A stretch of DNA of 64,000 nt from the NCBI RefSeq assembly GCF_006345805.1, contig NC_043000.1, positions 58,404,001 to 58,468,000 of the forward strand, given 5' to 3'. Under the pieces are notes generated by a model that was not told where the DNA came from, ran no database searches, and saw only the letters and a program-made list of their open reading frames with translations. Positions 12,117 through 25,147 of this stretch are shown here, piece after piece. This DNA is from Octopus sinensis. Taxonomy: Eukaryota. Each line of letters starts with the position of its first letter. The first letter of the stretch is position 1. A program made the translations under genes and the position numbers.

Positions 12117-14309
12117 CAGAGCAACCTCGGTTCTCGAACGTCGAACAAATCGGTTTTCGAAAAGAAAATTCGAGATGAAAATGCCTCGGTTATCGAGCAA
12201 AATTTCGGTTCTCGAACAACATTGCCGAACCGATTTAACTCGAACTGAATCATTTCTGAGTCGACTGCCGTGTTGTATACATTCTTGTGCTATGCTTTTT
12301 TTCTCCAATTTTATTGTAGTGTGCCTTTTTTTTTACTTTTCATTAGCCATGGCTACAAAGAAAGCTAGCAGTGATACTGGTAAAGGAAAAATAAAAGTTG
12401 AGAGGAGAACAATTGATGTAAAGAGAGAAATCATCGCAAAACACGAAAATGCTGTGCAGTACGGTATGCCTAAATCGTCAATATCTACTATTCTAAAAAA
12501 TAAGTAAGTGATAAAAGCAGCTGATGTTGCAAATGGAGTAACTGTTATTAATAAACAAAGACCAAAGATACTCGAAGAAGTGGAAAAGATATTGCTTATT
12601 TTTATAAATGAGAAACAGTTTGCAGTTGACAGTATCAGTGAAGCATTTATTTGTGAGAAATCATTTGAAATTTATAATGGTCTAGTAAAAAATAACCCTG
12701 GTACAAGTGCTGAAAGTGATACTTTTGAATTCAAAAAGAGGCTGGTTCGAGAAATTAAGAAAAGTGAAATACACAATGTAATTAGGCATGGCGAGGCGGC
12801 TGTGAAATTTGTGATTGTGTTTAGTGACTTGATAAAGAAAGGAGGTTATCTTCCCCAACAGGTTTTTAATGAGGATAAAGCAGGATTATTTTGGAAACGA
12901 ATGCCAAATAGGACCTATATTACTAAAGAGGGAAAAGCGTTGCCAGGGCACAAGCCAATGAAAGATAGACTCACTCTTTTGGTATGCGGCAACGCAAGTG
13001 GCGATTTCAAGGTCAAGCCATTGCTTGTTTACCATTCCGATAGTCCGAGGGTTTTCAAAAGAAACAATGTTATGAAGAGTAAATTGCCTGTTATATGGCG
13101 GGCTAGTACAAAGGCTTGGGTAACCAGACAATTTTTTATTGAGTGGATTCATGAAATTTTTGCCCCGAGTGTTAAAAAATATCTGCAAGAAAAAAAAAGA
13201 AAGAGCTTGCCACTAAAATGCTTTCTCGTGTTAGACAATGCTCCCGCTCACCCTCCAGGTTTGGAAGATGACTTAGTTGATGAGCTTGATTTTATTCAGG
13301 TCAAATACCTGCCACCTAACACAACTCCTATAATACAACCAATGGGCCAACAGGTCATTGTAAACTTTAAGAAACTTTACACAAAAGCTCTGTTTCGAAA
13401 GTGCTTTCAAATCACTAGTGACACTCAGTTAATTCTCAGAGAATTTTGGAAAAATCATTTCAATATTCTGAATTGTGTTAATCTTATTGATAATGCATGA
13501 AACTAAGTGAGTTACAGAACCATGAATTCAGCAAGGAGGAAACTTTGGCCAGACTGTACCAGAACGAGACTTTGAGGGGTTTGAGACAGCTACAAGAACT
13601 GCTGCTTCCGAAGAAATTGCTATTGTTGATGATATTGTCTCTATGGGAAAAACTATGGGCTTGGATGTCGACAGTGAAGATATTGAAGAGCTAATGGAAG
13701 ACCACCGTTCTGAGGTTGTCACCAAAGAGCTCGTACACCTTCAAAATGAACAGCAAAAGACTTTGGTTGAAGAAATGTCTTCTCAGGAAGAGGAAGAAAA
13801 GGAGGATGTCCCAAGTTCTTTAATCAAATAAATTTGTGTTAAATGGGGTGATGTGCAAAGTTTTGTGGAAAAATATCACCCTGATACCATGGTAGCAAAT
13901 AGAGCTGTAAACCTTTTCAATGACAATGCCACGTCTCATTTTTTTTTTAAATTTACAACGCAGGCAAAAACAACTAGCATTGGACAGGTTTTTACTGAAA
14001 GAAAAAAAAAGAAACTCCAGAGAGAGATTTACCTCAGCCAAAGAGACAGAGAAGGGAAGAAACGCCCGAAAGACAGTTACCAGAAGTTTTTATGGGAGGG
14101 GACTCACCTTCTAAGAAATAACACACTTTTGTGTTATTTACAGTTTGAATAAATGTTTTTATACCAAAATTTATAGTGCAAGCATGTAAATAAGCATTCA
14201 TCTGGTGCTTGGAAACGAATTCTTTTACATTAATTGTAATGGGATAAAACAATTCGACTTTAGAACAGGCTTTCAGAAGAAATTATGGTCGAGAACCGAG
14301 GTTGCTTTC
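12117..14309 (+). mobile_element. Full-length inactive Tigger (pogo-like, Tc1/mariner) DNA transposon
   Basis: TIR CAGAGCAACCTCGGTTCTCGA at 12117; its reverse complement (outer 3 nt diverged) ends at 14309. TA target sites at 12115-16 and 14310-11. Confidence 0.92.
12349..14114 (+). pseudogene. Tigger/TIGD1-like transposase pseudogene (CENP-B HTH + DDE_1)
   Basis: ATG 12349; in-frame TAA at 12505; motifs QVFNEDKAGLFWKRMP, KPMKDRLTLLVCGNASGD, VLDNAPAHP, LPPNTTPIIQPMGQQVI; TGA at 13498 and later frameshifts. Confidence 0.9.
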
Positions 14310-16314
14310 TATAAATAATCGCTATCAGTTTCAAGTAAAATACAAGAGTTGAGATAAGCAAAATTTGATTTAGTAAGAAAGTTCTTCACAGATTACGCTG
14401 AAATATTCGCATAGTCACAAGTATATATAACCTACAAATAATGCATATCTTATTCTCAAGCACATGGGCAGAGAAAATTTAGTGCTCACAGCATATAACT
14501 TTTCATAATTACATATGTAATATATGCAAGTGTAAAATGAATTTTCACGCTTGAGAAGACGCGATTTTTGCTATAGTAAATGGAAAAATTGTTAATCGTC
14601 AATTTCATGCTCGTTTAATACATTTTATTCTTTTCTTTTCTGAATTAAAAGAAAGATTAGAAGAAGGGCATCATTCCTGCAGAATATTTTCAGGGCCTCC
14701 GAGGCTGATTAAAGGAAGAAAGGAAGTTATTCCCTCTATCCGTGAAATGGACCCAATGCTCACACCTCAAGGTCCAAGTGGTGGTAAACCGGATGGTGGA
14801 TTATCTGTAACTCCATCACAAAAGCAAAAAGAAAAAAAAAAAAAAGAAAGATTAATTTGAACTTTATAAAAGGTTTTTTTTTATGGTAGTCATATTTATT
14901 ATTTTCATTGTGCAAGTCTGACCGTGTTATAATTGGTTCAGGTTCAATGACAGAAGTTGGTTTTGGATAAGGTCCATGGTGTTCGGATTATGAAGGTTAC
15001 AAGCAAAAGCACCCGCTCCTGTGTGAGCTGAGAAATAGATGAACGCCGTCTCCCAGCGTACCTCACCCATGTCCGATGAGAATCAACCTATCATTTTACA
15101 CATGGGATTAAGGGGACAAAAAAAAAGCTCCCTAAATGTTTTGGCTGCGAAACAATAAACAGAAATAACCGAGGGATATATACAACACATTCAGTAACCA
15201 TGTCACCACCTGGTTACCTTATTCACAGAGCTTGTTTTATTTTTCCTTTTAATACACGCATACACACACACGCACAAATTATTTTTTGGGATATCAATAT
15301 CGGTAACAAGCGCGATTTTACACTATGGTAGGTAATACATAAAGCTTTTTTTCTTTTCCGTAGAAGACTAATCGATAGGAATGAAACAAAAAGAAAGATA
15401 CGTAACATTATCTTAGACAGAGAGAATGAATGAAAGAACTACACGTGCCCGCCAACATTAATTCGAGTGGGAAAAAGAAAAAGTAACCACGGCGGGAGAC
15501 TGACTGTCAGCCAGACAAGGCGCTCTGTTCGGGTCCCAGAATGCAACATAGTTGTAATGTCTGCGCAACCGCACTCACGCTATATACGTTAAGGCTATTC
15601 TGTTGCTCTGTAGTCGTCGCCTTCTCCACTATCCCTTATACAGTACAACTTTTTCACCTCTTCTCTCATTTCTTCACTCTGTTATCCTTGGTGTTTTCAC
15701 TATACCATTCGACTCCCACACTATCCGTCGTCTATTATTCTTTACTCTTTCTATCCAACACTCTGACAACGAACTGTTCGCTTTTACTTTATATACTACC
15801 TTTGTCTTTCATTCTTTTCCTTGTTTTTTTCCCATCATTTATTCAAATATCTCGTGTCTTTTTTCTTCTCTTCTGCAGCTATTTTAAACATATCTTATTT
15901 TCTATTTCTAATCTTTTTCTTTCTTTAGTTTTAAGTTGTTGTTTTTTTTTAACTCAGCCCTCGCACTTGCTTTCTCACGCGTTTCATACACATCCATGTA
16001 GGCTGGCCTATAGAAAACAGCACATTCACGGAGGCCAATTCACAAAGCAGACAGTCCGATCGCCGAATTCAATTCCTTTCAGGAGATAAAAAAATTACAA
16101 AACTAAGTACGATTCCCGAAATTTCTTTGTTGTCGTTCAAAAATACAAAGACTTACAGAATCAACACTGTTTTTATTCTCTTCTTCCGTCATTGTTCACC
16201 TACGCATATATGATGAGTTAGGAAGGTAAATGGTTGGACCAGTGATTTTTGACGTAAAGGAAACTTTTTGATTCCCTCAAACTGGCACAGAAACGAGCGT
16301 CTGACCCTGGCAAA

Positions 16315-17745
16315 ATGCTGGGTATAAAGTTTAAAGATGTCATTTTGGAGACAATTGACCAATTACGGAAAAGGAAAGCTCGCCCAGATTTAGATCGCAT
16401 TAGCAACATGCTACAACGCAAACATGGGATAAGCTTTGAAGATACAGAAGCCATCCTAGAAAAATTGGTGGACAGTGAAGTGGTTTTCAAAGTTGATTAC
16501 AAGGGCAGCACAAGTTATAGGAATGCGGCCAAGTGGCGAATCAATCATATCGGCGGACAAGTTCACAATTCAAACCAATCCAATCAAAAGATTCGCGCAC
16601 TTGGACAACAACCTAGTAACAATTCAACTTCTACTACCGATGTGATGAATGTTTCAGAAAGTGTCGTCAGTCCTGGTAACCGAAAAAATTCATCGAATAG
16701 ATCTCATGTCAATGTGGTTGACACCAAAGAACTAAACCCAACTTCTACTACAAGTAGTGATAGCCACCTGGATAAAGCTGCAAGTAATTATCAATGTTCG
16801 GAAAATAAAGCCGGTAATAGAGGAACTAAAAAAACAAACGTCAATGTTACTACAACAGCAACAATATTGACAACTTCATCACCCTGCTACACTTCAACAC
16901 TGTCAACAAGACAAATAGGAAGAAATTCAAGAAAAGAACAGGCTTCGTCGAAAACGACGAATACCAACGTGAAGAGGAATACAGAAAACTGGCAATGTAA
17001 AGAGAATAAGTTGACGGAAACAACCGCATTTGCCGACACACAAAATGAGAAGGAAAGTGAATGGGATAAAAAATTACTTATAAACGATAATTCCTCTGGT
17101 GATGCTGTTATGACTGATACTTTTACGGAAAATGACAGTAACAACAAGAACAACGAAAACAATGACAACAATAGTAATGAGAGGCACTCTTCTTGCACAC
17201 TTTCCGCGAGACAGACTGTACATAGAAAAAATATGAATAACACGTTAATAGCACGAATAGTCAACAATTATAAAGCCGATAGCAACAACAACAATGCTAA
17301 TGGTAATGACAAAAATGGAATTAGCAGTAGTAGTGATGTTGAGCATTGTAATGGAGGTGGCGGTGGTGATGATATCAACACTAGCTGTAATAAATTCAAA
17401 AAAGCTATTGGAACATCGCATTTTCCGAGCAGCGCTGAACTAGTTCATGACGCTCTCTCCAAGTTAAAATCTTCTTTGTCGTCTTGTGTCACTGTTACGA
17501 CAGCTGGCGTAACAGACGCGTCCAAGTCGTCTCCGTCCATCGGCTCTTGTCAAGGACGTCGTGAAAATAGGCAACAGTCAGCTGTCCTCAGTAAACTTGG
17601 TCATCCCTGCAGAGAGAAGCAACTACAAAACAAGGTTTCTTTATCTACTACTAATGCGCAACCTCGTGGCAATAGAATGACCAAAACAGCTACTCCTGTC
17701 GCACCTGTCTTGGCTCGAAGAGGCCGTCCTGTTTCTAAAAGAAAG
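16315..17745 (+). CDS. Coding exon 1 of a SAMD1-like winged-helix + double-PHD chromatin regulator (KAT6A/KAT6B MYST-family-like)
   Basis: caaaATG start; ILETIDQLRKRKARPDLDRI...VFKVDYKGSTSYRNAAKW matches the SAMD1/KAT6 WH domain; long N/S/T-rich open frame; donor AAG|GTAGGG, phase 0. Confidence 0.9.
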
Positions 17746-17980
17746 GTAGGGTAACTACTTGTGAATTTGTTTATTCAGTTTGTTTTTGCCTAATTGTTCA
17801 ATTTGCCAATCTCGTGCTTTTCTTTCAGGTTCATGTAATTTCAATGACAGTTTTGCGCATTTAGCACGCACTTAAATGTACATCTGCACGCATACATAAC
17901 TATGTACATTTCTGAAATTGATTACTTACTCTCTCTCTCTCTCACACACACATACACACGTATACATGCACAAATAGGTA

Positions 17981-18260
17981 CTACTTGCGAACAGTGGTTC
18001 CGGTGCGCGCATCCGCGCTAGCTAGTCATGACTAGTCGATCCTTAGTTTGAGTTTTTGTGTTATTTACTTTGTTTAAAAAATTATTTACTTTGTGTTTTT
18101 GAGTTTTATTTACTTTGTTTAACAAAAATTATTTACTTTGAGTAAAAAAAATTATTGATTTTGTGTTTTATTTACTTTGCTACGTAGTCGGTGTAGGATC
18201 GACTAGTCACGGATGCGCGACTACGCGAGTGCGCGCACCGGGACCACTGTTCGCTAGTAG
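17981..18260. mobile_element. TA-flanked CpG-rich MITE (280 bp)
   Basis: TIRs ctacttgcgaacagtggttccggtgcgcgca / tgcgcgcaccgggaccactgttcgctagtag (2 mismatches); inner IR tgactagtcgatcct; internal ttatttactttg repeats; TA on both sides. Confidence 0.85.
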
Positions 18261-18344
18261 TACTGCACAAATATATACAAAAATATTTCTAAACCGCTTG
18301 CACACAGATGAAGGATATATGAAAGTTCAACGCGGTCGAGAGAC

Positions 18345-20350
18345 TTGCTAGAACCAGCAACCAAATCCTCTTAAATCACACCTTACACTTTTAATCGGGA
18401 AGGGCACACAACGTAGTTTTAGATGCACTAAAAATAAGACTAGATGGTCACGGTTGGGATAACTTTCATCTTAGGTCTGTTCGATTAGGGTTGACAAGGG
18501 GTGGGGCTAAATAACACCCGCACACATACAGACATACATATACTTATGAAAATGATTGTATACATGATCGCTCAGTCTTTACACACATTTCTGAAACAAG
18601 TTTCGTAACATAGTGATTGTAGTAAACTGATCCTCCGTTGGTTTCGACGATAAACAATCAGTTGTTCTGTCAGCTGAACTACATTATCACTGAATTAGCG
18701 TGTGACTGACCAAGTATTCCATAGATACTTCATGTTATCTCCAGTCAGAAACAGTGTGACAAAGCTGACCCTTTGAATCATCGGTGCAATCCATCTGAGC
18801 TTACAGTTTTCCGCTTTCTGGAGATCTTTTCGATTTGAACTACTGCTACCAAGTTTCTTGAAAATTTCTACACAGATGCAGTTTTTCATACCAATTTCGA
18901 AAATTACAATTTTTTAAAGAAATTAAGAATGGAAAAAGTTGCGAAATTTTCATTAAAATTGAAAGAAAGGGTTGAAACCTAAAAGCTTCTCTATTTCAAT
19001 TCATTCGCAAAGCTCAAGTTGCTATGCAGTGAGTTCGAACTTGTGGCTTAATTACGAAGCGACCCTCTTAACCACTGCGTCATACATATACACATGCGCA
19101 AATACGTTTGAGTCTCAGATATGTAATAAAGTGAGTTGGAAAACTTCAATTAACTGATATTATTCTTGCTATAAGTAGAAAGAAACTCTCTCCAAGATCA
19201 TTTAAAATCTGTAAACAACAGGCATTTAATGTTTTCTAATTTTTTCTTTCTTAATATAGCACATTACACAACTACTTCGTCTAATGTCTACCGCACTCGC
19301 CTTGTAAATTGTTCTTTAGATCGAGCAGACCCTTTTCTATCATTTTCTGCTAATATATCAGACTACATTCTCTGATATATATTTAAGGCAGTGGAGTGTG
19401 ATTTGAGGGCGATTTAGATTGGTTCATATATACCTTGTTGTTTAGCCCTCGAGTTAATCAGATCTATGATCAAATGCATTCTATGCGTGACCATCTAAAC
19501 TTGTTTTTTGGATAGTATATTGTGGAAGACTATCCAATGTACTCTTTATATCTAGAAAATCGCGCAACACAACACTACCATTATGCCATGAGTCACATTT
19601 TTTAGACGGCAGTGTGTAAATTAGAATTGGCTGTTATTTCTAGCAGATCGAACGACCACTTAGAGACTCCCTCTTTGGTTCGTAATCACCTTGAGGTGTG
19701 TGTGTGTGTGTGTGTGCGTGTGTGTGTTCTCCTTCATTAGCACCACATTCGACGTACCCAACATCTGCTGAATATGAGCCGAGTGGAACTTTTCACGTCT
19801 GCTTCCTAGTCACACAAACACATACATTGATTAATATGGCAAACCAATAACTGCTGTTGCCAGTGACTTTTGTTTTCCTTTTTTCCCCTTTTTTTTGCGA
19901 GCTTGTGTATGAGTTGTTATGCAAGAATGACGCGTTCTCGTCTTCATAAAATCAATGAATATTATTACCTTTGCAGACTAGACCCACCAAGTGCTAGAAA
20001 TTGCGGCTAAATATCCCTCAAATCATACCACTCACCTTGGAAAAAGGAATGACAAATTGGATAAAATCCCTGATATATAAAAACATGATGGTCATGGCTG
20101 GAACGTCTTTGATCATTTGTCTTATCGATCGAGTCGTACCTAGGACTAAACAAAAAGAAGACATACAGGGAGCCTCTATGTGATCGCTCGTCATACTAGA
20201 AAGAGCAGCTACATGTCCCTTTAATCTTACTCTGTCGACTAAAGAAAGGGAACACGAGTTAATAAAAAATGCTGTTTGGTGGTGGCTGCAGTGCCTATGA
20301 TCATAGATCTCTTCGGTCAGGACTAATTTGGTATAAAAAACGAAAAAGTT
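18345..20350. mobile_element. Cluster of short interspersed repeat copies in both orientations (gctagaaatagcagccaaat...gggctaaa family)
   Basis: Similar ~170-250 bp blocks at ~18345-18520 (+), ~19440-19690 (-), ~19990-20150 (+), ~20170-20350 (+); also ~9640-9790. Confidence 0.55.
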
Positions 20351-22532
20351 ATGGCTTAATAATTACCATTGTTTAGTTTTAAATTAAGCTTGAGGATAAA
20401 TACTGGTTGTGTGTGGGTGTATATTTCCCTCCCCACATTTATGGTTATTTATTTACATGTCTATTCTATAGGCGTCTATATAAATTTGTTCAGCGTGCAA
20501 ACGAGTGAGTTTCTACACGATCGTTCGATTTGCTAGACTTAGCAACCAAATCACACTCCAACTCTTACCTCTTTATCGTTACTTATCTGTATTTCTTATC
20601 TATCGTTACTTATCTGTATTTCTTCTTCTCCCCTCAGTAATTAGAAAAACACATATATATACTCAATTCCTTTTAATTTATTCACTGTAGGTTCTCTCTT
20701 TCAGGGTTTTTTTTTTTATTAAAAGAATTCTTTTTGTTGCTCTCCATGACTAGCAATTAAGAAAAACAAGAGTCAGCCTCCAAAATTTAATGATTTGTCT
20801 TTCTCACTTTGGATGTAACTTTACATTAATTATTTCTTGATTCACTACATTTTGTAAGCGATTGCTTTACTACTTGCTTTTCATACAGCAGGCGACCGTG
20901 GATATTCCCTCATATTTTTTTAAAGATAACTTCTGTTCGTGTTCGTTCACACACACACGCTTCTCTAAGATCTGCATTAACCGTTAGACTATGCTGCTGA
21001 GGTCTAATGATACCAAAACATGTCTGAAGTTGTCACTTTTTGGTATTAGATTTTTTTTAACTGATTTTAATTCTCTAAGTTGTCTCCCATGCATTTCTTG
21101 GCCTAAATTAGTCATTAAGAAAATAACTGGTTCTTCATTAGTCATTGCTTTAAGCTTATAAAATAATATTATTATTTACAGAATTGTAAAAATCGATGCT
21201 GCTTACCAAAAACCATCGCATATAATATATATATATATTGTCAGTAGTTCATATATCCGAGAAAGAAGCACACTCAAAAGCATTAAAACAATAATGTAAT
21301 TTTTAGGAAGTTAAAAGTTATGACTGGTGAGCAGCATAGGTGACTGTTGAGTCACCTATTCTGTTAAGCACTTTATAGGTGCAAAACCAATCATCACTCT
21401 ATGACCAACCATAAATTTTAACTTCCTAATTTATATATAGGGGAAACTGAAAGCTGATAAAGCTATAAATAAGTGTAAATATTGGGTTAAAAAACACTTG
21501 GGATAAAGAGTTGAAAGCTACCTATGGGACTTGAACCTGCATCGTCAGTAGATATGACAGATGTTCTACCATTAGACCAAAGCAATCCTTTGAATTTCTC
21601 CTTTCATTTTAGAAACTTTGTTTTAATCATCAAGAATGTGAACTAATTCATGTTTTGAAATGGTGAAACTTGAAGCAGATGATGCTATAAATAATACATA
21701 GCAGAAGATACTTGCCCAAGATGCTTTACAATGGAACTGACTTGTAACCCAAGTGCTTGTATAGCAAACTGATTAACCACTCAGCTATGTCTACAGTTTA
21801 AAGATGAATATCCTGTGATAATTCTATTAAGGCACTTTTCTGTTATACAATATTTCTCTGGTATACAATAAAATTTGTTTTGACATATTTGTCCTCTGGT
21901 ACCATACAGAAATCTTAGTTAAGATTGTTTTGCATACATCATTCAAGTGGACATTTAAATGATGATGATGATGTTTCTGTACTTCACCCCTTATCTAACT
22001 TTCCCTTTGCTTATTTTCCGTTTAATTTTGAAATTTACTACCAGCCAAAAATCAATTGATCGTGCAGGCTTGTGTTTGACTGAGCTTCTTCGATTTTTTT
22101 TTCTAATTATGATGTTTTGAATACACAGATGTGCTTAAGTTTAGTCTTTTATATTATTGATTCTATTCAAATTTCTTTATTCTTTGTATTTAGTTTGGAT
22201 CAATAATGCTAAGTCCATTAAGATTTCAAAACCTTCTTGGCCTTACCTTTTGAACAAAATGGTGCTGTTGCTGTGTTTTTGTAGCAAGCAGCAAGGAAAC
22301 ACTAATCATCATCATCATCATCGTTGTTTTAACATCTACTTTTTCATGCTTGCATGAGTTGGATAGCATTTATTAAGGTAAATTTTCAATGGATCAATGC
22401 CCTTCCTGTTTCCAGGCAAGGTAATATTTTCCCCATGTCCTGAAATACTCTCACAGAAAATTGGAAATGAAAGACAATGCTTGAATGACAAACTCATTTA
22501 CAGCTAGCATGCAATGTCAAGGCAAGGAAAGA

Positions 22533-22573
<41 letters not shown>

Positions 22574-22894
22574 GATGGACTTCTTTCAATTTCCATCTAC
22601 CAAATCTACTCACAAAGCTTTGGTCAACCTGAACCTATACTAGAAGATGCTTGTGGTGCCATGCAGTGAGACAACATAAAACCATGTAGTTTGAGAGCAA
22701 ACTTCTTAACCACACAACTATGCCTGCACCTAGTCATGACATTCCACAACACAGCTACATTGTATGACATTTTGACAAGTCACTAAAGCAGTACACATAC
22801 AAGAAACCAGATCTACCCAATATTTCAACTGAAAAAACTGAGTAAGGTAACTCTAATTCCCTGCCATCGCACCTCAGACATAAATAATAATATA

Positions 22895-23100
22895 TTGATT
22901 TTAAATTTTGGCACAAAGCCAGCAAATTTGGGGGAGAAGCCTAGTCAATTAAATCAACCCTACTGTTCAACTGGTACTTATTTTACCAACCCTGAAAGGA
23001 TGAAAGGTAAAGTCAGCCTTGGTGGAATTTGAACTTAAAACATAAAGATGAATGAAATGCCACTAAGCATTTTGCCAGGCATGCTAACGATTCTGCCTTA
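22895..23100 (-). mobile_element. SINE family B
   Basis: Reverse complement of the family at 41270-41725 (ctggtacttatttt...gaaaggatgaaaggtaaagtc...gaatttgaact...ctaagcatttt). Confidence 0.7.
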
Positions 23101-23752
23101 CAATAAGTATATATTAATTATAGAAAGTATATAGTGTAATGTAATGTGTTGTAGTACTAACTGGAGAAATCTGTAATAATAATATGGAATGGCTCTGCTA
23201 CTCCATATACATAAATTCAAGTAGTTGATGTCATTTACATTAGTGTTCAATGTTTCATCTGCTTACATCCTGTTCATCAGCATTTCAATCTCTCAACACA
23301 CATGTGAAGGCATAGCTGTGTGGTTACCAAATTCACATCGCATTCATCTGGTTTCAGGTTTGGTTTTGCAGTGTGACATCTTGGGCAAATGTCTTCTACT
23401 AGTATCACCTCAGATCAATCTATGCCTTATCAGTGAAATTGATAAAAAGCCTGTTGGTTGTGTGTGTTTGTGAGTATGTGTTGTAAATGTCAGTTCGACA
23501 TGACATCATAAATAATACTATCTGAGCATAAAATACAGACATTGAGACATTGTTTACATTTTCCTGTAAATAATATCCCATAGTTTGGCAGATGTGTAAT
23601 GGCCACTGGAATGAAAAATACTTTATTTGTGAAACAAGTGGGGATGGGTGTTAGAAAGAGGAAGAGTATTCAGAAAGTCTGCGTCAGGAAGTTTTGTCTA
23701 TCCATACAAGTGTGGAAAAACAGACATATTCATGATGATTGTGATGTGTGTA

Positions 23753-23943
23753 GGTGCTGGAGTGGCTGTGTAGTAAGAAGTCTACTTCCCAACCAGGTTC
23801 AATCCCATTGTATAGCACCTTGGGCAAATGTCTTCTACTATAGTCTCAGGCCAGTCAAAGCCTTTTGAGTGCATTTGATAAACAGAAACTGAATATATAT
23901 ATATATTGTAAATATATGTGTATATATTGTATGAAGCCTGTCG

Positions 23944-23999
<56 letters not shown>

Positions 24000-24206
24000 C
24001 GTATATGTTTGTATGTCTGTGTTTGTCTCCCCAACATCGCTTGACAACTGATGCTGGTGTGTTTATGTCCCTGCCACTTAGCGGTTCGGCAAAAGAGACC
24101 GATAGAATAAGTACTGGGCCTACAAAAGAATAAGTCCCGGGGTCGAGTTGCTCGATTAAAGGCGGTGCTCCAGCATGGCCGCAGTCAAATGACTGAAACA
24201 AGTAAA
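23753..24206 (+). mobile_element. tRNA-derived SINE family A, full length
   Basis: Head ggtgctggagtggctgtgtagtaagaag, internal (TA)n(TG)n, 3' ...ggcggtgctccagcatggccgcagtcaaatgactgaaacaagtaaaa. Confidence 0.85.
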
Positions 24207-24226
24207 AAAAAAAATTTTTTTAAATA

Positions 24227-24702
24227 CAAATATTTTGTAATTATAAGCATAATTATAATCAGGAGTCAGCTAATTGCTTCGCCACGCACCAAATTTAGAA
24301 ATAGCAGTTAAAATACCATTCCGCCACCATAAATATCTCCCAGACAGTAACACACTTTTTTACATAGGCAAAGAGAAAGAATAACGAATCCACACAACTT
24401 AGATTAGCTACTGACTCATTTTGGGATTAAAGTAAAGTTATGTTTACTTACTTATTTCACCTCATCAGTGCAGCATTTCAAATATAAATTTGAGAGTGTT
24501 AGAATTAAATATGTATGGATATTTAAACAGTGCTGTGGATTCATTATTTTTTCTCTTTGCCTACGTAAAAAAAGTGTGTTACTGTCTGGAAGATATTTAT
24601 GTTAACAGAATGGTATTTTAGCTGCTATTTCTAAATCTGGTATGTGGCAAAGCAATTAGCTGACCCCTGATTATAATTATGCTTATAATTATAGAATATT
24701 TG
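24227..24702. mobile_element. Foldback element/MITE with ~170-bp TIRs, TA-flanked
   Basis: 24225-24394 is the imperfect reverse complement of 24534-24704; ~140-bp spacer. Confidence 0.8.
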
Positions 24703-24804
24703 TATAATGTTACCCCAAAAAGGCTATTTTAACATACCGAACTACTTGTTAAAATTATTAATTAATTAATTGATTAATTAATTAATTTTACCCTTTTATT
24801 ATTA

Positions 24805-24974
24805 TTGAAATATATATGTATATGTATATATGTATATGTATATATATATATATGTATATATGTATATGTATATGTATATAGATATATGTATATGTATATG
24901 TATATGTATATATATATATATGTATATATGTATATGTATATGTATATATATATGTATATGTATATGTATATATA

Positions 24975-25027
<53 letters not shown>

Positions 25028-25082
25028 ATGTATATGTATATGTATATATATATATGTATATGTATATATATATATGTATATG

Positions 25083-25113
<31 letters not shown>

Positions 25114-25147
25114 GTATATGTATATGTATATATATATGTATATGTAT
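24805..25147. repeat. (TATATG)n/(TA)n microsatellite
   Basis: Direct reading. Confidence 0.95.

Noticed and set aside
15541-16089. 182-aa hydrophobic ORF upstream of the gene
   Set aside because: Pyrimidine-rich promoter/5'UTR-like sequence giving F/L/S bias; no recognisable domain.
21517-21583. tRNA-like sequence on the minus strand (A box TGGTCTAATGG, B box GGTTCAAGTCC)
   Set aside because: Acceptor and T stems do not pair; a decayed SINE head or pseudo-tRNA.
24440-24475. CUGAUGA-GGU-GAAA on the minus strand
   Set aside because: No stem II, and stems I and III cannot form; not a hammerhead as it stands.
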